Shown here one piece after another: positions 22,714 through 32,853 of a stretch of 64,000 bases of DNA; the stretch's first letter is position 1, and every line of letters starts with the position of its first letter. Both the position numbers and the translations under genes were made by a program. The notes under the pieces are model-generated. The model ran no database searches. It saw only the letters and a list, made by a program, of their open reading frames with translations, and was not told where the DNA came from. This DNA comes from Oikopleura dioica (lineage: Eukaryota; Animalia; Chordata). The stretch lies in contig OU015569.1 of assembly GCA_907165135.1 (NCBI GenBank), forward strand, positions 11,966,001 through 12,030,000, read 5' to 3'.

Positions 22714-25700
22714 TTAATAAAAAATGATTGTTTTTTCAGTCATTGAGTTCTCATTGATTCTAGTCAGAGTAATTGAAAAAGCTTGAGGCAGAAGATACCA
22801 TTTTTCTGTTTCCATGTTGAATTCTTCGTTAACTAACTCAAGAAACTCGTTGTTGTCTCCATAATAGACGAAATCTTGGTAGCTGTTGTAACAGTCTTTC
22901 ATCATTTCTTCATCGGCGTAGAATTCTCTTGAAACTGGAATTCTGATTTGAGAGCCGTAATGGTCGATGAGCGTGTTTTGGAGAATGAAATCGGAGTTTT
23001 CGATTCGGTCCAGCACCATTTGGTGGGAAAGTATTTCTCCGTTGCTGTTGAGATAAACGCCGGTGACGGTAAGGGGACGGGAGAAGGAGAAGTTGTGGTG
23101 GAGGAGCACTGAATTTTTAATTTTATTTGATTTTTAGTTTTGAATTTCGTTACCTTGCTCGAAATCAAAATTGGAAGGTATCGAGAAGTGGTTCCTTGAG
23201 TTGTCTCTGATAATTTGCCATCCACTATCATTCAAATAAGTCCTTAAGGTGGTAGAAACAGCTTTTTTGAAAAAAGCCGATTTTTGAACAGCGCCCGAGC
23301 TCAGCCAATCTTAGATTTTTGAATTCTCTCTTCGATTTTAGTTAGATTTATCTTAGATCTAAGAACATCTGTTTTTAAAATTAATTTTTGTTTACTCAGT
23401 TTATCGGTAGAAAGCGAAACATAAACCCATCTCGTCGAAAATCCCGATTTTCGCCCATTTTCAAGCACGATTATCTCGAGACTTGTGATTAACCGAGAAT
23501 TTCTTATTTCATAATAAGATACTTGAACCCTTTTTCTAGGAGCATCTATGATGTAAATTCCGTTATCATAAAAAATGATAGTGTTGGGAGTTCGATTGCA
23601 ACTTCTGTATCAAATTTTCGAAATTTTGAATTTGAAACAGATTTTTTTCGTGATACCCTTAAGTAATCTTCCTACCTAAGTTATTAACGATGATAATGTG
23701 ATCCAAACAAATCTATCTAATCGGGGTTCAACCGTTTATTTCACGATTTTAAGCCTCGATAAAATTCGAAAATTTAAAATTTTTCCCAAAACTACAACTT
23801 TAAAGACAATTTAAAGGACATTCCAACATAGTGAGGGGGTAACTTTTTATAGCGTTTTTATTCTTTGTGTCCTAGGCTTTCAGAATCTTAGAAAAAATCT
23901 TTAGTATTCCATCTTTGGCAAAAGCTGTTTCTACCCCCTTAACTTCAATCTTCTGAGAAGCATTGCAATTTCGTTGGTTTGAAATTTTTGTTCTTCGAAT
24001 TTCGGATTGAGATTGAAGCCAGCCAAACTCCGCGGATAAATAACCATTGTCAAATTTGTGAAGATTTTTTCAATAGTATAATTATCTTTCATTTTAGATT
24101 CATCAATGTCCAAATCATTTTTGAGTGCCCATCTCAAAAGCACCAAAACTGTAATAGGGACACAGAGATTGCTTTCTTTTTGGTTTAAAACATTCTTCGT
24201 CACGTTTTTGAAGTCGAAATTGATTTGTTTCGTCAGTTTTTGTTTCAGACTGGCCATTGCAGCTGATTTCGTCAAATTCGGATCGTCAAGGCAAAAATCA
24301 GAAGACGCGTTTTTTAAAGAAATGATTTTTGTCAAGTTTTGGATTTTTGAGATTGATGGTCTTAATTTGTTTGAGAGCCAGCCAGCATTGCAAGTCTTAG
24401 AAAGATTATTTTCTTTTTTATGAAAAGTAAAGACTTACCTCAAGTTCTTTTTTGATGATTTCTCTTTCTTTTTCTTCGATTGGTTTGAATAAAAGAGTCC
24501 AGGCCGTCTTCCACTCGCAAAGAATAAAAATATGAGGAAGAGAGCAATGATCTGCGGGGTTTCCGCCTATCTGCGAGCCAAAAGAAAATGCAGGAGACCC
24601 AGCATCTACGAAAAAAAGAGATAAAACACGAGCATTTTTCAACAAGCTCAAAACTTACATAAACAGTAGCTATTTCTAAATCTGCTTCCTCTCCTCGCGT
24701 AACCCATCTCCTGATAACTCTCTCGTCCAGTCGTTTCGTAAATAATGCTGAAATCGATCCATTTGGCTTCTCCATTTTTCAGAAGGACATTTTCCGGCTT
24801 CTCATCGAAATGAACAATTCCAATTTTCCGCAAATACTCTCTTCCCTCTTGGACGCCAATCGCAATTTTCTTCCTTTCGTCCAAATTCAACTGATTTTTC
24901 TTCAATTTGCTTCTCAAATCCGCGTCGCATTTCTCCATAATCGTAATCCATCCAAGACAGTCTTCTTTCTCCAAGTCGCTACTCAAAAAGACTTCGATGT
25001 TGCAGAAATTCTTTATCACGTTTTTGTGAAAAGGAATCACTCGGGCGTCGTCATTTTTGTCGTTTTGGGCAGTTCCGTATTCTTAAAAATAATAAAAAAA
25101 AAACTTTAAGAAATAAAAATTACCTTTCGAAAGATGAATTTTAAACTCCAATTCTTCATTCTCCGCAAATAACGCGGGATCAAAAGCCTGAACCCGAACA
25201 GCAAATTCCAATTCTCCGAATTTTTCTTCCAAAACAAGCGCTTCTCCTCCAATTGAAATCTCCTGAAAATATTTATCGAGAATCCACTCTCCGGTTTCTT
25301 CTTTTAATTCTGAACGTTTAATTTTTCGTCCTTCGAAGCCTGGATTTTTGTCGAGAATAATTTTTTGAAATGAAGTTACTCTCCATTCTTCCTGAACTTT
25401 GTTTCCCCAAAAGTGAGTTCCAGACAGTTTTCCTTTTCCATCTTCGAAAATGACCTCCTCCCATGCAGCACAAAAATCATCTTCAAACTGCATTCTGTCC
25501 AGCGACAAAATCAACCTGTCCAAATCATCTCGGCTCGTTTTTCTCTTCAATTTCTTTTGAAACTCTTCCAGCCATTTTTCAACAACTTCTCTTGTCAGTT
25601 CTTTTGGATGCGACGGAACTTGCAACATTTTTACAGATTCATGGGACTCATCAGATTTTTGAGAATTTTCATTCTCTGTTTCGGGTTTAGACTCATACCC

Positions 25701-25883
25701 TGGTGGTGGAGCAAAGATGACCGATCTGAAATCAACAACAACCGGTCTTTCATTGAAACTTGTAGTCGCCTGCCCCAGATCGCTTGTGATTGGATCAAGA
25801 TCAATCGGAATTCGTTTGCCTTCTTCGGCCTCGACCGAAGATCTCTTTCTTTTTCTCTTGTTAAATTCGATTACAGGATCCAT
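22714..25883 (-). CDS. Divergent protein kinase (possible pseudokinase) fused to a C-terminal papain-fold cysteine peptidase-like domain
   Basis: Kinase: SIGGEALV, FAVRV, HKNVI, ITIMEKCD, IVHFDEKPENVLL, WIDFS, AGSPAF. Peptidase: VLNQKESNLCVP, RPLTV, HQMVL, FILQNT. Confidence 0.75.
23248..23938. mobile_element. TTAA-targeting non-autonomous DNA transposon (GG..CC ends, Kolobok-like) inserted in an exon
   Basis: TIR ggtggtagaaacagctttt / aaaagctgtttctaccccc; TTAA at 23244-23247 and 23939-23942. Removing it restores LKLRTYLNDSGW. Confidence 0.88.
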
Positions 25884-26074
25884 CAGCTGTTTTTAAAATT
25901 TCTCGTAAGACGTTAACAAAAATCTCACTACAATTATCTTTGAAATACGTTTTTCTATCGACCACACTCGTAAAATCGTAAAACATCTCGTGACTCAGTT
26001 ATTACGACTTTTCCATCATCGCAAACTAATAATTCAATAGCATTGATGATTATTGAAAACTAACTTTCCAAAGT

Positions 26075-27097
26075 ATTTTTCTTGTTTTTTTATTCGACGT
26101 TTGAATCGTTTGAATACTATTTATGCACCTTGCACAGAAGAATGATTCTTTTTTGGACAACAGTAAAATGGAGAATGCAGCAAATCTTGAACATGTGATC
26201 TTTTGTGTTGTTTAGGCAAGCATTTCTTTCAACAATGGGGGCTAAAATATATCCAGTTAATTTCAGAAAAAGCCATTTTCAAGCTCGGCCAATCAAAAGG
26301 CGCGAAATCAAAAAGGCAAAGTGGTGGCGCTCTTTTGCCTCGCCGCTAGATAGCGCCTGTATCAAAAATTAGATCTGCTAATTATTTGTCAATAATTCTT
26401 TGCTTACCAAGACATCGCTCGCCAACTGGTCATGAAATGCTTTTCCGAGTGGCAGTGTCATAAACGACAAGAAGCGGAGACTCAATTGCAGAGAAATTAT
26501 GTCCTGAAATAATTCATAAAGTCCCATTGAACGATTTTCCTTTACCGAGAATCTGTTCTTTCCGAAATCGGAAAGTCTCTCGATGAAAAGCTAGAAAAAT
26601 TTTTGACGGGAAATTTCGCTGCTTTGCCTACCTCTTTGAGGCCGATATCGAGGAGGATGTCAAAAGTGTATTCCATTTGTGAGTCGTAATTTAGAAACGC
26701 TCGTTTTTGCAAGTCGAAATACGTCGCCGCTTAAAGAAGATATTATCGAAGGCTCAGTTTTTCAATTTCTTTGCTGGGCTGAGCTAAGGTCGAAACTGAG
26801 CTCAGCTGAGCCAGCTTTATCCTGCAAATTGTGGAGCTCCTCTGGCTGAGATGAATACGAGCTGAGCTGGGCTTAACTGAGCCTATTCTGAAAAAAGGCT
26901 CAGCTGAGCTTAGGCAACATCTTTTAGCGATGAGCTGAGCTAATCTTTTTTTAGCAAATCGTTGAGCTAAGCTCATCATCTTAGCTCAGAAAATTTGCGA
27001 CACAAACAAAAGCCAAAAATTCTAAAAGAAAAAATTCACCTGCAAAATGACGATTTCTCGAATTCCGGCTCTGATGAGCTCGACCTGGTCGTTTTGC
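26075..27097 (-). pseudogene. Decayed partial duplicate of the NR1I receptor 3' half (LBD exons and 3' UTR)
   Basis: High similarity to ~32570-33780; lacks the segment equivalent to ~33050-33230 and has no DNA-binding domain. Confidence 0.8.
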
Positions 27098-27527
27098 TAG
27101 AGCGCTTTACCTAAAATGCAATAGCTACTTAGTCTGATATGTTTTCTAAGTACTTACATTGGTTACAACTTCATTGTTGTTTTCATCGGGCGAAGGAGCG
27201 GTGTGTACTCTCCTGAGGAAGAGAAAGTAAAATCGCCGATTCGGAGGCTCTCTCGTTGATTGTAGTCGCGTCTGGCAAATGTCCGACGATTGCGCTCAAA
27301 TCGAACGGGTTGTTCTCTTCTGGTACAGGCGCTTCTTGACGGATGCTGCTGGAGGACCTTCATCGTAAAGACGAAAGAGCAAAAATAATCCCGTCAGATT
27401 TGGATCTTGCAAAGCCGCTTTGTCGTGTAAACTAGAGGAGCTTTTACGAAGATTAGGAAAAGGGCATTCAGCAAGAGGCGATTTGACTTTACTCACTTTC
27501 AGAGTCGATCTCGATCTGATTTTTTCG

Positions 27528-30500
27528 ATGCGCACGAGAATCAAGGAAGAGATTTGCCCAGTAGAAGGAGACAGTGTCGAAAATGAGGCTTCGAATGAAT
27601 GTGTGGAAAACGAATCGCCACGAAAGGGCCAAAAAACGAACCAACTAGCGAATGTGAAGTGCCTCGAATGTCACTGTGTCGGAACAGTGATGAAAACAGT
27701 CGATGGAATCGTCCTTTCTCCGAATAAAGTGAAAAAGACTTTGATCGATCTCGGTGGAGGATTTTTCATGCCGAACTTAAAAAAAATGATGCCGGTGGAG
27801 AAGGTGAAACTTGCAAATCAAAAGGCGAAAGAATTCATGGAGGGTTTTAATGTAGCCGTGGAAAAGAGTGAAGACAATGGACCCTCCAAGGGATTTTTCA
27901 AAAAGATCAGAGAGAGGTTCACTAGAGGCATACGAATGGCAGAACGTGAGAAGAAAGTAAGGCTTGCCGATATGCTGGAGCGAGAAAAGAAAAAAACTCC
28001 GGCGAGAGATGCTCCCGATCAGTTCAGGGGAATCTTCTCTGACGAGTTCGAAGAGAACCATTTTTGGCGATCGAAAAAACGTTTTTCTCTTCAGTAAGTA
28101 TGCTTGAAACTTTGTCCGCAACTGTCTACGTTTTTATTTCTTTTTCAGCGGAAACGCAACTTCGAGTCAATTTGCTGTTTACATGTTGTTCGGATGCGTT
28201 TTCTGGGGCACCATTGTCGGCATAAGTATTCAAAGCTATAAAAACTCAGTTGAAGAAACTTTCAGCGAACTATTATTCGATGCTTGCTGCTCGTATTCAA
28301 CCAAGTTATTTGACAGAGGTTTGCCAAGTCGGCTTCAAAAATTGCACTGTTACGAATGATATGGACTACTGTGCGCATCTACTTCATGACTGTATTGGAA
28401 CGGGAAATTTTACTCAACCAGCTGCGATAAAATTACCGGAAGTAAAAAAAGAGTCAACACTCATTTTCACCAAGAAAGAAAACGAAATCAATCAAATGCG
28501 ATGTAAGAAACGAAAATTCTATGCCATGTTTTTTATAAATAATCAAAATCAGAATTCTTGATTTCCTAAAAAACGCATCAAAGACCGGTATATCTGCCGC
28601 CATCTTTGTTCTCAAACTCTCGTCTTGGAATCAACAATCAATAATGCTTTTCCACCTTGTGATCGAATTTGCTTTGAACTGACTAGATCACATGACTTTG
28701 CCGGAGAAGTTTGCCCGCTTGAAAAATATTGCAAAAAAGGATGTCCTTGTCCTTTTTATCAGTGTGAAAAAATTGAGAATGTGCAAACGCTTGTTCCTGT
28801 CTTTGATTTAAAGAAAGAAGAAATTATTGAAGGAAGGTTGAGATTCTTTGCTAAATCTATATTTTCTTGGGTACCGCTTCGTCAACCCTTCGAGTCCCAA
28901 AAGCTGATGATCTTTCCCTCAAATTAATCACGAAGAGAATCGAGAGTCACTACGTCAACTTGAAAAGATTCAATATGTCCGAAACTATACCTGAGTATAA
29001 AAATATCCGATCCGCTTTACCGATCTTCGAGCACAAAACGGATCAAGTTCTATTAATTTGATGAATGCAACTCTAGCGGAGAAACTTTTTCCTCATGAAT
29101 GTTTTCGATTGATTAAATTAACAAAATAATAACAAAAAATTAGTAAAACAACGAAAGTCAATCGGTGCTACTTTTCTCAATGGGGAACATTATCTGGTCG
29201 ATGCTATTGGAAATCTGATGATAGTGAAGGAAAGTGGCGATTCTTCAATTTTTATTCCAAATAGACACAAAAAAATGTAAGCTCATATTCTTTCGTACTT
29301 TCCTTTGCTCGAGTCTGAATAAGAAATTCTTCTTGAATAGTGGCTTCTTCGTCTTCCATTTTGGTTCTTCGATTGGAACGCATCAAATTGAAATTCGCAC
29401 AAAAGAAAAGGACACAAAAGTTTTTCCAGTTGTCGTCATCTGAAAATGGTCAGAAAGATAACCTTCTTTCAAACACCTTTTACACTCTCTTACAGACTGA
29501 AACTGACAGTTCTTAAAAAAATTTATGACCAGTCAAAGCCGCCCAACTGGAAGAGATGAAAAATGCTACTACTACGCCCCTGACTACAATTTGAACCGTT
29601 TTGAAGAAGCCCAAGGCTACATCGCCAGCAACCACTTCAACGCAAAAGTGTCTTCAACCAGCTTCAAGGGAGTATTCTATTTAATGAGCGTGAGGCTAGG
29701 AGATCATTATATCAAGCTATCGACGACTCGGGCCTTGAACAGGATCAGGAAGGAGGAAGAATTGGAAAAAGGATGGAGAAAAAGCGACTTTAGGGTGCCC
29801 ATAGAAATCAGAGACCTGGATCTGGTGCATGTCGTTCCACTGGAATGTGTTGAAGTTTATTATTGATCATATTATACGTTACATATTTAAAGACTTCATT
29901 TTAACTCAAGAAAGATCCATTTAGGGAGGCTTTTGCTGATACTCGTGTCAAGAAAAATAGAACTCTCAAATACACTCTACTCAGTGTTACTTGAGGTCGA
30001 GGGAAAATTTCTGACTCTGGGTCGCGAGTGGATCGGTTCTCTTGTAAAATACGATAAACATCATGTCTGTTATTCCAACATGTTTGCTCAAGACGATCCC
30101 AATTACACAGATCTTGAAGGTTACAACAAGGATGAATGTGAATATTTTGGTCAAGGAATCGTCAGCGACGAAAGGATCCTTATTCAAAACTTTGTTTTCG
30201 ATTCTTTCTTCGAAATCAAATTCAATTTCGGAAAGGATTTATTAAATCATTAAATTCAAGAAAAGATCTAATTAACTTGAATCAGTCACAATCCGCTAAA
30301 AAGAAATAGTCGATCTCGAATTTGTTCAACTCGAAGCGTCAAAGAAGATGCACGTGACAAGTAATCCCTTTTTCGCTTTTCACGACGATGTTTTTCCTGC
30401 TTTTGCGAAGAATGCCGCCGCCCAGATAAAATTTCCTTACAGCAAGACGAGCAAGTTACTCAAAACAATCATTCCACGCAATTACTTTTCCTCGCTTAAA

Positions 30501-32406
30501 GAATTAAATCATATTTCGACTCTCGCAATGGATTTCAACGAAATTGACAAATTCAAATTCGAAATCGATTTCCGAACGAAATCACGCATCTTGAAAGATA
30601 CTAAAATTCTCGAATTTGTTTTTTATGATGAAACAAGCCTCTTGAGCTTCGGAAATTTTAAAAATGGCTCTCTTTGGATTGATTCTGATTACTTCGATGG
30701 ACGATCTATTTTACGCTTGAATTGTGACAAGCTAACACACTTAGGGTTTGATTTTTACTCATTCCCATCAAACGAAACGTATTTTCTACAAGTTTCCGAG
30801 GAACAGTTAAACATGGAATTTTTTCCGGTTGATTGAGCCACTCAGAGCGGGAGGAGGCAAGAATTGACGGAATAAAAACTACAATTTGACCAAAATTTTC
30901 ATCAAATTTTAGACATCCCAGATGTCCCCCTTCTCTCGGTAGCCAATCAAATTTCAGGAAATATTGTCGAGGAAAATTAAATAATTGATTGCAATATTTT
31001 ATCAATTTGAGCCGACCCCGAAAATCACATACATATAATACTATACCGGTGATAGCAGGCCTTTACCCTGGATAAAAATACTGCCTGGCGACAACCTGGC
31101 GACAACCTGGCGCCACCCCCTGGCGACAATCTTTCGCCACTAGCCAATCACAATTTACGAGACTTGTAGTGGCGGCGTAACACCGGATTTGAGTCTGCTA
31201 TCATCGGCATGTATGAACCCATACAGGGATGATAGAGTCGCTAAATCCACAAAGTCATTTCCATGAAATTTAACTGATACAAGAACTTCAAAAAGAACAA
31301 GAAAAGACTTTCAAAAATACGCATGATCGGCCTTGAAAATATCAAAAGTAAAACTATCAGGATTATCAAAATTGACCGCTGGACTAGACTGAAAAGCTTT
31401 ATTTACACTTTTGAGAAAAAACTCTTAATCATGGGCAAAAACCTAGAGTATGCATTTTCGATTTCCTATGATGGATCAACAAAAACGGCAGAAACAATCT
31501 CGGCACCGAGGAAGGGGCGCGGAGAATTGAATGAATATCTTAAAGCGTCCCCTCATGCTCTTCTAAAAAACGAGCTCTTTATTTTCGGTGGATACTGGAA
31601 TGAAAGAAAAGTAAGTAGCAAGTTTGTTATTTGACGAAAATACGTTATTAAGATCGCCAAATTGGTCGGCTGCGAATGGAAAGAAGAACGGACACGATTA
31701 ATTAACGAATTTGGGGTCCTTTCTGCTGCACTCTCGATTAAGGACGGAGAAAAAGTACTGATTTGCTTTGCTCTGTCTGATTACAAAACATGCGAAGTCT
31801 ACGATGGAGAATCTTCAGTTGAAACTTTTCCGTCTAAGTTTCGACATTGGGCTGGTAAACTCGCCCACTATAAAGGAAACCCGACTACTGTTGGAAGTTT
31901 CTCCTTCTCGGGCGAGCAGAACAAGGTTGAGACTCTTTCTTCATCTGGTTGGGTTACTTTAACCGATTTCCCTACCGAAAGGTATTTGAAAAGCAAAAAA
32001 TTTTTTTTTTGAGAATTATTTTTAGTTTTGTGGCGTATCATTTTTTGATAGGCCTTCCAAGTGGAAGTCTTTTGCTCGCCGGAGGAGTCTATAAATACAC
32101 CCGTTGCTATTCACCAATTTGGATTCTACAAGACGACGTTTGGAAGAAAATTGGCAATCTTCAATACGTAATTTTTAAGGACATACAAATCTAAATATGA
32201 ATCTTGTTTCAATTAAGGCTGATGGATATGGATCGACAATTATGATCAGAAACTCAATTTTCATCGTCTCTGGCCGCGAAAGTCCTCACGCAATTGAACG
32301 CCTCGATTTCGAAGGAGATCAATTGGTCAACCAACAAGTCATAGAATACGGTGTTTACAGTTTGAACCCTGTTCTTTTCGAAGTTCCAGCTGATTACTGC
32401 ATTTAA
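27528..32406 (+). CDS. Lineage-specific type-II membrane protein: CxxCxC, TM, Cys-rich CPxxxxCxxGCPCPxYxC module, C-terminal Kelch-like repeats (could be two genes)
   Basis: KCLECHC; FAVYMLFGCVFWGTIV; VCPLEKYCKKGCPCPFYQCEK; Kelch-like LFIFGGY, LLLAGG, IFIVSG. Collinear paralogue at 39586-44437. Confidence 0.6.
31044..31212. mobile_element. Small MITE in a probable intron
   Basis: accggtgatagcag.. / ..ctgctatcatcggc arms with internal cctggcgacaa repeats. Confidence 0.55.
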
Positions 32407-32853
32407 AAATACGCGATCACAGTAGCTAAAAAAAGCTTTTTCCACGAATTTTCATACTATCTTGTGATTCACAAGTAATAATTTACAACATAATTAATAA
32501 CATTGATGCCCTTGTTGCCCTTGCTGATATTTTCAGGTTACAGCAGAATTAGTAATATCGATAATATTTTTTTTGTTTTTTTTTTATTCGACGTTTGAAT
32601 CGTTTGAATACTATTTATGCACCTTGCACAGAAGAATGATTCTTTTTTGGACAACAGTAAAATGGAGAATGCAGCAAATCTTGAACATGTGATCCTTTGT
32701 GTTGTTTAGGCAAGCATTTCTTTCAATAGTGGGGGCTAAAATAAAGCGGTTAATTTCAGAAAAAGCCATTTTCAAGCTCGGCCAATCAAAAGGCGCAAAA
32801 TCAAAGTGGTGGCGCTCTTTTGCCTCGCCGCTAGATAGCGTATGTATCAAAAA

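Noticed and set aside
32611-32850. 79-aa ORF after the nuclear receptor
   Set aside because: It lies after the predicted stop in the 3' UTR, and the duplicate at ~26.1-26.4 kb has an indel here.
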